Part shown: positions 55,481-64,000 of the stretch, piece after piece
Layout: the number at the start of each line of letters is the position of its first letter
Position numbering within the stretch: position 1 is the stretch's first letter
From: Candidatus Poribacteria bacterium
GTDB taxonomy: Bacteria; Poribacteria; WGA-4E; GCA-2687025
Length of the DNA: 64,000 nt
NCBI GenBank assembly: GCA_963665845.2
Contig: OY762492.1
Coordinates: 1-64,000, forward strand
Reading direction: 5' to 3'
The notes under the pieces: model-generated
Databases searched by the model: none
What the model saw: only the letters and a program-made list of their open reading frames with translations
What the model was told of the DNA's origin: nothing
Made by a program: the position numbers and the translations under genes

Positions 55481-56770
55481 CTAATTTAGACTAGAAAATG
55501 GATTGAATAAACGGACGCAAGACAACTGCCACCGCTTCGCCTCCTCTGCAAACTGGCTGATGTCCATAAAGCGGGCGGGGCGGTCCGAAAGCGTTTCTTC
55601 GTTGCGCACATTCTGCCGCATCCGCGCGATATACTGCGGATGAAGCTCGGTCATGAAGAAATAACGCCCCAGCAGCAGAGCCGCCTTGCCGAGCGTTCCG
55701 CTTCCGCCGAACGGATCAAACACCAGATCGCCCCGAAACGAGTACAGCTTCACCGCCTGCATACACAGCTTCAACGGAAACACGGCGCTATGGACGCGGT
55801 CGGACGCCGGCGCAATCTCCCACACGTTCGAACGTTCAAAATCGTCGTCCACCTTGCTGCGCTGCGCGGCGTCTTCAGAATACTGCCGCAGGTTCCAGTC
55901 GATCAGCCTGCGCGACTTTTTCCGATACACCATCACATATTCGGTTCGCGCGTTCGCTTTGTAGGTCAACGGCGTTCGATTCGTCTCAAAACCCGCGACC
56001 CGATTTTTGACGCTTTTGTCCGGCTTCGCCCAGACGATGTCGTCAATAAACTCCCAGCCCATCGGCGTCAACCGCGCATGCAGGTCGAACGGAACCGCAT
56101 ACCGCCGGCTAGAATACTTGCGCCCCGCCCGCGGAACGATCACCGGCGATGTGTTTAAAACAAAAAACCGCCCCTCCTTCGTCACGCGGTGGACTGCCCG
56201 AAACGCTTCCTCTAAAAAGTCGAGATATTCGCCGTAGCTGCCGTAGATCGCATAGTCGCGCGCGTTGTAGTACGGCGGCGATGTGAAGGTCAGGTGAACG
56301 GACGCCGAAGGGACATGCCCCAGCGTCTGCAGCGCGTCCCCTTGAATCGCCGCGTTTTTCATGAAGTCGGGAGACGCCGCATGCGGCTCCTCCTCAACCG
56401 GCGCATTCCCCTCCAGCTCCTGCGCCACGATGTCCTGAATCATATCGTTCGGATGATTCCGCAGCCCGTTCAAAAACTGAACGACGGACGGATCCGACCG
56501 AAACACAAGCAGCCCGCGAATCGCCTGAAGCGCGATCTCCGGGTTCGGATGCTCCGCGTATTGCGTCAAGATCGGCTTGAGAGACGGATCGCGCTTTCTG
56601 CCGATAGAGGCGGCCGCCTCCCGCTTCTCGGCGGTGGACGCCTCGCTTTCAAGGACGGCGAGGCAATCCTCCAGCGGCATCTCCGCGGATCCCAAGAGGC
56701 GCCGCGTTTCCGTCGGCGCCTCCTCGCTCTCAAAGAGCGGGTTGTCGTAACGCTCTTCCTGGTTGGGCAT
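55481..56770 (-). CDS. N4-C/N6-A DNA methyltransferase (beta class) with N-terminal HEAT-like repeats
   Basis: 'TSPPY' (motif IV) precedes 'DPFGGSGT' (motif I); N-terminal 'KREAAASIG..HPNPEIALQAIRGL'. Confidence 0.9.
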   Translation of the reverse strand: MPNQEERYDNPLFESEEAPTETRRLLGSAEMPLEDCLAVLESEASTAEKREAAASIGRKRDPSLKPILTQYAEHPNPEIALQAIRGLLVFRSDPSVVQFLNGLRNHPNDMIQDIVAQELEGNAPVEEEPHAASPDFMKNAAIQGDALQTLGHVPSASVHLTFTSPPYYNARDYAIYGSYGEYLDFLEEAFRAVHRVTKEGRFFVLNTSPVIVPRAGRKYSSRRYAVPFDLHARLTPMGWEFIDDIVWAKPDKSVKNRVAGFETNRTPLTYKANARTEYVMVYRKKSRRLIDWNLRQYSEDAAQRSKVDDDFERSNVWEIAPASDRVHSAVFPLKLCMQAVKLYSFRGDLVFDPFGGSGTLGKAALLLGRYFFMTELHPQYIARMRQNVRNEETLSDRPARFMDISQFAEEAKRWQLSCVRLFNPFSSLN

Positions 56771-56774
56771 GGTT

Positions 56775-57626
56775 TCAGTCCAGCCCCGCTTGATCCCACA
56801 CCTCTTTGAGCGCGTTTCCGACAACGCGCGCCGCTTCGTCCTTGTCTTCGATGCTGTTCAGCTTTTTGCTGAACGGCTCTGGGGTGACGGGACCGTCAAA
56901 ACCGATCTCGTTCAGCGCCTGCAGAAAGCCGACCAGATCGATGACGCCTGTTTCGCCCGGCAGGCAGCGGACGCTGTCGATCTGCTCTAAGACATCCACG
57001 CCCGCCGGCGCGTCGTTCACATGGACATAGACCACCTCCTCCGCGACCAGCTGGCGCAGGTCGGTGAGGGTGCTTTGGCAGGTGTACCAGTGCCAGCAGT
57101 CAAGCAGCAGCCCGACATTGCCTGTGCCGATGGCGCATCCGATCGCGAGCATCGCGTCCATCGTATAGACGCAGCCGTATCGGGCGCCGCGGCGCGAGGT
57201 GTGCGGACCGATGAACTCAAGACCGAGAACGCACCCGTAGTCGAGCAGAACCTTCGCCGTCAGGCCGAATCGGCGGACGAAGAAGTCGAACTGCTCCTGC
57301 CGCGTTTTGTCGTTTGACCATCCCGCGACCCATGTCATCGTGCGGTATGATCCGAGCTCCGCCGCCAGCTGCGCGTGTTCCGGCAGCTTGGACAGGCTTT
57401 CGTAAAATTGCGCGTCGGTTCCGTTCCAGTGAACGGGCAGCGGCCATGCGCCGATGCGGATTCCCGCCTCGTCATACATCTCCTTGACCGCCGACGCCCC
57501 CAGTTGATGCGCTTGACCCAGATTCAGGTCAAGCCCCTGAAAACCGCCGATCTTTGCGTAATGCAGCCCCTTTTCAATCGTGTCGGCATGAATGCCGACG
57601 GCGCCGGGCGATAAGTTTCGGTACAT
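56775..57626 (-). CDS. Sugar phosphate isomerase/epimerase (TIM barrel)
   Basis: 'GLEFIG', 'GLLLDCWH', 'VHVND', 'LPGETG', 'TPEPF'. Confidence 0.88.
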   Translation of the reverse strand: MYRNLSPGAVGIHADTIEKGLHYAKIGGFQGLDLNLGQAHQLGASAVKEMYDEAGIRIGAWPLPVHWNGTDAQFYESLSKLPEHAQLAAELGSYRTMTWVAGWSNDKTRQEQFDFFVRRFGLTAKVLLDYGCVLGLEFIGPHTSRRGARYGCVYTMDAMLAIGCAIGTGNVGLLLDCWHWYTCQSTLTDLRQLVAEEVVYVHVNDAPAGVDVLEQIDSVRCLPGETGVIDLVGFLQALNEIGFDGPVTPEPFSKKLNSIEDKDEAARVVGNALKEVWDQAGLD

Positions 57627-57628
57627 TT

Positions 57629-58408
57629 TTACCCCACTTCCTGTCCGTCCAGTCTCCCCACATCAAGATTCGCTTCCTCGCGCGTCTCGATTTTAGAAAC
57701 GCGCCCGTCCTGAATATGAATGATGCGGTCGGACACATCCAGCATTTTCAAGTCATGCGTCGCCGTGATGATCGTCGTGTTCTTCTCCGCGTTCAGCTCT
57801 CTCAACAGGTTGATGATCTCGATTCCTGTCTTTGTGTCCAGGTTGCCGGTCGGCTCGTCCGCCAAGATGATGGACGGATCGTTTGCAAAAGCGCGCGCGA
57901 TGGCGACGCGCTGCTGCTGACCGCCCGACAGCTCCACCGGCTTATGCCGAAGCCGGTCGCCCAGCCCCACCATGCCCAATATCTGCGCCCCTTTCTCAAT
58001 GGAATCGTCCCCCGTGCCGCCTGCGAAGATCATTGGCAGCGTCACATTTTCCAGCGCCGTCATGACCGGTATCAGGTTGAAGGTTTGAAAAATATACCCG
58101 ATCTTGCGGCAGCGCAGCCATGCCAGCTCATAGGCGTCCAGCTGCGCGATGTCCACCTCGTCAATGTAGACGCGCCCCTCCGTCGGCTTGTCGAGTCCGC
58201 CGACCATGTTGAAGAGCGTCGACTTGCCCGAACCGGACGGACCGACGATGGAGATATACTCGCCGCGCCGTATCTCTAAGTTCACCCCGCGCAGCGCCTC
58301 TACGACCACATCGCCCATCTCGTATTTCTTGACAACGTTGCGAACGCGCACCGCGTTCTCGACAATCTGTGACGGCGCCGCCGCGGCGGCCGCTTGCTCT
58401 GGAATCAT
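57629..58408 (-). CDS. ABC ATPase (LolD/MacB-type)
   Basis: 'GPSGSGKS', 'LSGGQQQRV', 'ADEPTGNLD', 'ATHD'. Confidence 0.95.
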   Translation of the reverse strand: MIPEQAAAAAAPSQIVENAVRVRNVVKKYEMGDVVVEALRGVNLEIRRGEYISIVGPSGSGKSTLFNMVGGLDKPTEGRVYIDEVDIAQLDAYELAWLRCRKIGYIFQTFNLIPVMTALENVTLPMIFAGGTGDDSIEKGAQILGMVGLGDRLRHKPVELSGGQQQRVAIARAFANDPSIILADEPTGNLDTKTGIEIINLLRELNAEKNTTIITATHDLKMLDVSDRIIHIQDGRVSKIETREEANLDVGRLDGQEVG

Positions 58409-58866
58409 CGTCTTTTGCCCGCCTTTCCTCGTTTTGCTTGTTGGATAGCTTCTTTAGCCGCTTCTGGCGCGGCAAATGCCAGTATACCGCGTTTTCCAAG
58501 ATTGCGGAAGAACGCCGCCAGCGACGTCTCCGACTCCCGGCGCGTCATTCGAAAACGTTCCGATAAACGGCGCGCAATCTGCTCAAAGGTCTGCTCCCCG
58601 TCGCACTCCCGCCACACAAACGAACCGACCTTGTCCAGCGCCACAACGCGCGTTTTCGGCAGATCCATCACCCGAATCAAAATGCGGAAAAGACGCTTCT
58701 GATCCGCCGGTATGATGAGCGACACCTCGCCGCGTTCGTCCGTTTCCCACTTCACCTTCGGGTTGCGGAACGGCACCGATTTGAGCACATCCGCGCGGTT
58801 GCGCTGAACCGGCGGACGCTTTTTCAAGCGGAGGGCGGTCAGCGCGCGGTTCAACGCCTGCCCCAT
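58405..58866 (-). CDS. PqqD-family (RiPP recognition element-like) protein
   Basis: 'LDKVGSFVWRECDGEQTFEQIARRLSERF..SLAAFFRNLGKRGIL'; TGATG coupling with the upstream gene at 58866. Confidence 0.85.
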   Translation of the reverse strand: MGQALNRALTALRLKKRPPVQRNRADVLKSVPFRNPKVKWETDERGEVSLIIPADQKRLFRILIRVMDLPKTRVVALDKVGSFVWRECDGEQTFEQIARRLSERFRMTRRESETSLAAFFRNLGKRGILAFAAPEAAKEAIQQAKRGKAGKRR

Positions 58867-59783
58867 CAGCCGCGCATGCTCTCTGCGATGGGGCGTATCC
58901 ACCGCTCAAGCGGCCCCTTGCCGGTCGCGCGGGCGACATAAATGCGGTTCGTTGTTTCATCGTTCCAGAAGTAGCCGCGCGTCGTCGGACGGCGGTAGCT
59001 CCGTTCCCACGGCTTCGGGAATCGCACATCCCATAGCCGATAGACGCCGCCCATCTCCTCAACAGGATCGGCAGCCAGGACGGAGCCTTTGATCTCTTTT
59101 CGATAGGCGCCGCGGAACCAGTCGTCTAGGCTCGCGTTCTCAAGCAGCGCGTCCGCCAGCCCGTAGCGTTCAACAGCGATGCGCCGCGACCCGTCCGTGA
59201 ACGACATTAGAATATACCCGTTCATGAACTGCGTTTTTTCAAGGCGGAACCGCCTCGGCGTTTCGACCTCAAATCCGTATGCTGTCCATAGGTTGAGTCC
59301 ATTTTCGGGATGGTCTCGAAACGAGCTGAAGATGCGCGACGCGGTTTGACGCAGATTTTCGCCGCTGGGCGGTCCGATCGCCTGTATCATGACCGCGCGG
59401 CAGCAATGTTCGCAGCGCATGACAGCGCCGAACGCCCTGTATCCGCCTTTCCATGAGAAAAAAAGCGCTTCTTTGTTTTCATAAAACGCGGCGTATTTGC
59501 CCGATTTGGGGATCAAGCGGCGGTCGCGCCGTATTTCAATGTTTCCGATCTGTTTTCGGTAGGTTTTTTGAACGCCCTTCAGATACTGGTTTGCCGTTTT
59601 ATCTAGGTTGAATTTGCGCTGCGCTTTGCTCCATTTCAGCTCAAGGCGGGGCTGATTGGCGTCGTCTAGGCGGAGATAGCCTTCCCATGGATCATGCGTC
59701 TTTGGGGCGCCCGCCAGCTCCCAGTCCGCCGGCATCTCCGCCGACATCCCTTGCCATCCAAATCGTACCCAGCCGTCCAACAT
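58866..59783 (-). CDS. Hypothetical protein, two similar halves
   Basis: 305-aa ORF within the operon; 'FGWQGMSAEMPADWEL' and 'WTAYGFEVETPRRFRL' look like a repeated unit. Confidence 0.8.
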   Translation of the reverse strand: MLDGWVRFGWQGMSAEMPADWELAGAPKTHDPWEGYLRLDDANQPRLELKWSKAQRKFNLDKTANQYLKGVQKTYRKQIGNIEIRRDRRLIPKSGKYAAFYENKEALFFSWKGGYRAFGAVMRCEHCCRAVMIQAIGPPSGENLRQTASRIFSSFRDHPENGLNLWTAYGFEVETPRRFRLEKTQFMNGYILMSFTDGSRRIAVERYGLADALLENASLDDWFRGAYRKEIKGSVLAADPVEEMGGVYRLWDVRFPKPWERSYRRPTTRGYFWNDETTNRIYVARATGKGPLERWIRPIAESMRG

Positions 59784-59821
59784 GGCGGCTTTTCTCCCAT
59801 TTCATGCGTTCATGCGCGGCG

Positions 59822-61882
59822 TCAAAACGGCTTCACAATGACCGATTTTTGGATCAGGTCTAAGGCGACGCCCGCCATCCCGACTAGAGCCAGTCCACAC
59901 CAGAAGCCTGCCAGCAGAACAGGGTTGTACCGAGACCAGCGGTTCCGCCCAAACCGCTTGATCATCGCATACCGCCCGACAAGCGCGCCGACAAACTGCA
60001 ATAAAAACTGCCCAGGGTCGGCGCCGAGACCGCCGATGAACCCGTACCCCGCGATATGTTTATACGGCAGGCGCGCCGCGACGCTCAACCCGTACACCCC
60101 CAGCGACGCGACCATGCCGACCATCACAAAGGCGGGGCGTATCGCCTGCAGCTGTTCGCTGTGTCCGTCGCGCAGGGCGGTGATCCAGAGCGCGCGCTGC
60201 GTCGCAAAGATGGGCCACATCATCTGCGAAAACTGGTACTGCGCGGACGGAATCGGCGCCAGCTTCCAGATGAAATGCCACGCCGCAATGCCCGCAATGA
60301 GCAGCACGGGCCAGGCGATGAAATCCGCCAAAACGCGGCTTGTAAAGGTGGTGCCGGTCAGCTCCAGAACGCGCCACCGCTCCGTCTCCGTTCCGTAGTC
60401 TTCGTTCGGGAAGGGGGCGAACCAGATGTCGATCTCGTCGTATTTGCTGAGAATAAAGGTTGCCTCGCGGATATACGGTATATCGAACAGGTCGCGGCTC
60501 ATGATGCCGAATGTCCGCGCGCTGATATACGAGTTGAGCGGCGTGTATAAGAAACCGAAGCCGAGCAGAAACGCGAGCGGGAAATTCGGGATGAGGCGGT
60601 GAACCACATACACATAGCCCGCCATGCCCAACGCCCAGATGAGCAGCGTCGCCCAGAGCGGGAAGTCGCCCCGCCCCGCCGGGACTTTCCATGTGCCGCC
60701 TTCTCCGACTCCCGGCGCCTGCGCGTTCGCCTGCCTTCTCCGACGCGCCCATAGCATGGACGCGATGGTGCCTAAACCTAAAATCGCAAAGGCGAAGCTG
60801 CGCCCGTACCCAAAACTCATCCAAAAATCGAGGCTGTTGCGCAGCATCGTCACCCGGACATCCATGCCTGGTTCCCAGGTGTTCAGTATATCTTGGCGGT
60901 ACAGAAACGGGTTTAGGATAAACTGCGAAAAACATGCCGCCACAAATTGCGCCACCACAACAGGAATCGGCATGACGAACCCATGCAAGATCTGGCTCGC
61001 GTCCGTATGGATGGCGAAGACGCCTGTCGGGGCGAAGCTCTCGACGCTCTGCGTGAAATCGATAAACGGAATGGGGATGATGCGCAGCGGCTCCGACATG
61101 CCCAGCGCGCCGCTCACCTGCGGTATGCCGACATACACCGCGCCCCATGCCATGCCGATGATGGAGCCGATGCTGAAAACCCGCCAGCGCCATGTCTCCG
61201 TCTTCGTCGTGCTTTCGGCTAAAGCGGTCGCGCCCTGGGCGTGTACGGGCGCCATCGGGTACGGCAGTTTCTCAAAGTCGGCGGTGAGCCTGTATAAGAA
61301 GTAGCTGCCGGAGAGATGGCGCATCCTCCCTAACAGCTGCAAGATGAGCATGAGCGTGATGGGACCGACGGCGATGCCGAACACGGTTCGTTTGTCGCGG
61401 GCGGCGATCCACCAGTCCTTATGCAGCAGCGACCGCTCCGCATGCGCCTCCGAGTCTTTGGGCGGTATTGACCAGTCCGGCACCTTGTCCGAGACCTCAA
61501 ACGATTCCGCCTGCTGCGAGTTGATGAAGTAGGAGTCGAAGATGTAGTGGCTGTACTGTCCCCCCGCGCCGACGGCGGCGCCTGTCAACGCGAGCAGGAT
61601 ATACAGCTCCTGGCGGCGCGCTGTTTGAAAGGATCGGCGGGCGATCTCCGTAAACAGAATCACCGCGACCCACGGCGCCGCGGCCCCGCCCGCGCCTTGA
61701 CCCGTCTGTATCGACAGGTACAACGCGCCGGGCATCATCAGAAAGCCGACGAAAAAGGCGCCGAGCAGCACCTTCAGCGTCAAGCCCGATTCAAAACGGC
61801 GATGCCCCTCGTCCGTCTCATAACGTTTTGCCCATGACTGCATCTCCTCAGCCAAGGACTCCGATCTGCGTTGTCTTGCCAC
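59822..61882 (-). CDS. OPT/YSL-like multi-TM transporter
   Basis: 686 aa, many TM helices; 'GLTLKVLLGA' start and 'EKLPYPMA' resemble OPT-family motifs. Confidence 0.7.
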   Translation of the reverse strand: MARQRRSESLAEEMQSWAKRYETDEGHRRFESGLTLKVLLGAFFVGFLMMPGALYLSIQTGQGAGGAAAPWVAVILFTEIARRSFQTARRQELYILLALTGAAVGAGGQYSHYIFDSYFINSQQAESFEVSDKVPDWSIPPKDSEAHAERSLLHKDWWIAARDKRTVFGIAVGPITLMLILQLLGRMRHLSGSYFLYRLTADFEKLPYPMAPVHAQGATALAESTTKTETWRWRVFSIGSIIGMAWGAVYVGIPQVSGALGMSEPLRIIPIPFIDFTQSVESFAPTGVFAIHTDASQILHGFVMPIPVVVAQFVAACFSQFILNPFLYRQDILNTWEPGMDVRVTMLRNSLDFWMSFGYGRSFAFAILGLGTIASMLWARRRRQANAQAPGVGEGGTWKVPAGRGDFPLWATLLIWALGMAGYVYVVHRLIPNFPLAFLLGFGFLYTPLNSYISARTFGIMSRDLFDIPYIREATFILSKYDEIDIWFAPFPNEDYGTETERWRVLELTGTTFTSRVLADFIAWPVLLIAGIAAWHFIWKLAPIPSAQYQFSQMMWPIFATQRALWITALRDGHSEQLQAIRPAFVMVGMVASLGVYGLSVAARLPYKHIAGYGFIGGLGADPGQFLLQFVGALVGRYAMIKRFGRNRWSRYNPVLLAGFWCGLALVGMAGVALDLIQKSVIVKPF

Positions 61883-61906
61883 TCGACTCCCTCTAAGGCG
61901 CCATGT

Positions 61907-64000
61907 TTAGTCGGAAGCGAACGCGGGCTGGCTTTCCTCGCGTCCGCGCGCGTGAAACTCGCCCCGCAGCTCCACATTGAAGGTGCGCCATATCAACAAT
62001 TGCTTGCGTATCAAATTGAGAAAGCGCCGGTTGACCCGCTTCCACGACGCGATCTCCCCGCTCTCGCGGTAGATCGTCAGGTGAATGCGGCACAGGTCTT
62101 CCTCCTCGCCCCCGACGGGCGACGTCTGCAAACTGATCCGCTGGCTCACTCCAAGATCGTACGGCGCAAGCCAGATCATCATCTCAATTGCAAACTGCTC
62201 CTTAGACTCTCCCTCTGGACGTTCACGTTTAAACGTTACATTGTCGGCGTAAAAGTCGCTTGCCGATTCATCCGCATGCGCCTCAAAATAGTCGCGCATG
62301 AAGATGTTCAGTCCAAGCGCCTCTTCGCCCAAAACCGTAAACGGCAGATCAAAATTCCACTCGTCGCCGTCCGGGTCGGGCAGCCTCCATTTGCGTTCAA
62401 TGTCCGGCACCGCCATGCGCCCCGCTTTAATCGCCGGGTAGAGCGTTGACGCCAAAACAACAAACATAACGATCATCGTTGCATAGACCGTCGAACGCGC
62501 CGAATAGTTGAGCGTCAAACCGGCGAGCCATCCTGTCTGCACAAGGGTCCATGCGGTCGCCTGACCAATCAAATATCCGACCACCGCTCCCAAAACCGCA
62601 TAGACGCACGCCTCCGCCATGAACAAAAACGCGATATGGACGGGCGCCAAACCGACCGCGCTGTAGATGCCGATCTCGCGGACGCGCTCATAGACGGCGC
62701 CCAGCATCGTGTTCAACACAATCAGCGCGGCAATCAAAATCGGAATGAACAGGTTGCTCATCTGCTCCGTCGATGAGCCGCCAATGGAGCTGTAAAGATA
62801 GACGTTGCGCCCCTTGCCGACAAAAAAGTCCAAGCCCGACCGCTTCATGATCGGCGCCATGACCGCGTCAATCTTCTGCTCTACCGAGACGCCTTCGGGA
62901 AGCTCCTTGTTCAGATCCTGCATGTTGACCGCAACCGACTTCACATTGCCGCCTGAATCGAGCGCCAGCTGATAAGGTATGACCGCAATCTGATCAGGCG
63001 GAAGGTGCTGATATTTCTGCAGCTCGCCCTCCAGCGTCTCATCGGTCGATTGCCGCTGTTGCTGCTGCTGGAGGAGCGTGTAGTCGACAGGCGTCAGCTC
63101 TTCGCCGTCCAGATCGCGCAGCTCCTTGAAGTCGATGCCGAGAACGCCTACGACGGTGAAATCGGCGCCGAGAAGTCGAACCTGCGCCGTCTCATTCACA
63201 ACCGCTTCTTCCGTGATTCCAAGCGAGTCCGCCATTCCCTTCGGCAGAACGCACACGTAGGCGTCCCGCTCGTTCTCCTCAAACCAGCGTCCGTACGCCA
63301 GCTTCGAATCGATGCGCGTTACCCGCTTTTCTTCGGGCGCCATGCCGACCAGCATAGCGGCGTTGTACGCCCTGTCAGGCTCCATGAGGCTTTCGATGCG
63401 GATGGAGGACTGGTTTCCGACGCTTGCCGACTCATACCATGCCCGCGGGGCGACGACGTTGGTCGCTTCTATCTGGTACGTCTCGCCGTCCGCGCGCGCT
63501 TCGATGGTCGATTTAGAAAAGTTTGTCTTGGCGCCTTCGACGACCGGCTCCTCCAGCGGGCGCCAGTACTGATCGCGTATCAGCGCGCCTTGATAGCTCG
63601 GCGTCACGCCCGGTATGCGCGTTGAGTGCGCCCGTATCTCCGTCCGAACCGAGGTGAAGGAGATGACCGTAAAGGTGAGGGCGATGAGCGTCGCGCAGGT
63701 CAACAGGGTGCGCCCGCGCCGCTTGCGCATGTTGGAGATGCCGAGAGAGAACGCCGCCGCGCTCGCCGACAGGCGCCCGACATCCGCCTTGTAGATGCGC
63801 GACTTCTCCCGCCGCATCTGCTCCAGCTGCTCGTTGAACTTGCGCAAAATGATCGAGATAACAACGATGGTGAGCGCGAGAATGATGAACGCGATCAGGA
63901 TGATGAACGCTGTCTCGGCGATCTCAAACGCCGGATGGACGCGGCTTAAAAAGAAAAAGACGGCTAAGAAGATGCCGAAGGTGTAAAGGATGCGCTTGTT
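61907..64000 (-). CDS. Large FtsX/MacB-like ABC permease (5' end beyond the window)
   Basis: Frame stays open to 64000 (NKRILYTFGIF...); 'SNMRKRRGRTLLT', 'AVYERVREIGIYSAVG', 'YPAIKA'; extra C-terminal soluble domain. Confidence 0.88.
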   Translation of the reverse strand, partial: NKRILYTFGIFLAVFFFLSRVHPAFEIAETAFIILIAFIILALTIVVISIILRKFNEQLEQMRREKSRIYKADVGRLSASAAAFSLGISNMRKRRGRTLLTCATLIALTFTVISFTSVRTEIRAHSTRIPGVTPSYQGALIRDQYWRPLEEPVVEGAKTNFSKSTIEARADGETYQIEATNVVAPRAWYESASVGNQSSIRIESLMEPDRAYNAAMLVGMAPEEKRVTRIDSKLAYGRWFEENERDAYVCVLPKGMADSLGITEEAVVNETAQVRLLGADFTVVGVLGIDFKELRDLDGEELTPVDYTLLQQQQQRQSTDETLEGELQKYQHLPPDQIAVIPYQLALDSGGNVKSVAVNMQDLNKELPEGVSVEQKIDAVMAPIMKRSGLDFFVGKGRNVYLYSSIGGSSTEQMSNLFIPILIAALIVLNTMLGAVYERVREIGIYSAVGLAPVHIAFLFMAEACVYAVLGAVVGYLIGQATAWTLVQTGWLAGLTLNYSARSTVYATMIVMFVVLASTLYPAIKAGRMAVPDIERKWRLPDPDGDEWNFDLPFTVLGEEALGLNIFMRDYFEAHADESASDFYADNVTFKRERPEGESKEQFAIEMMIWLAPYDLGVSQRISLQTSPVGGEEEDLCRIHLTIYRESGEIASWKRVNRRFLNLIRKQLLIWRTFNVELRGEFHARGREESQPAFASD

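Noticed and set aside
58405-58866. PQQ biosynthesis locus
   Set aside because: No pqqA, B, C or E in the window; the neighbours are transporters

Overview
64 kb of high-GC bacterial chromosome, most likely Candidatus Poribacteria. This is an inference from a FlgD-Ig 'NYPNPFNPETWIPFQL' C-terminal domain, a LamG protein ending 'SPKGKLASRWAALK', and two each of PhyH dioxygenases, Gfo/Idh/MocA oxidoreductases and TIM-barrel isomerases. Core genes: tRNA-Thr-secE-nusG-rplK-rplA-(L10 leader)-rplJ-rplL, followed by a variant CIRCE and groES-groEL rather than rpoBC; recJ-rel-recG; an orphan rpsR; argD-htrA-...-pyrK-pyrD; tRNA-His; era. Most interesting accessory loci: (1) a Cys-rich leader ORF ending in RAPP, preceded by a duplicated promoter and heading an operon of porin, FMN-bind-like protein, two CxxxGCW lipoproteins and a MacB-type ABC transporter (candidate ribosome-stalling, metal-responsive system); (2) a large FtsX permease / OPT-like transporter / unknown / PqqD(RRE) / ABC ATPase operon; (3) a lower-GC, repeat-flanked four-gene secreted module with a MepA-like LAS peptidase; (4) an L10 with four predicted L12-binding segments; (5) a modular palindromic repeat family in many intergenic spaces; (6) a HEAT-repeat-fused orphan DNA methyltransferase; (7) a sigma54 promoter upstream of a small orphan ORF. 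No rRNA, CRISPR array or transposase seen. All family assignments are from motif recognition by eye, not database searches.
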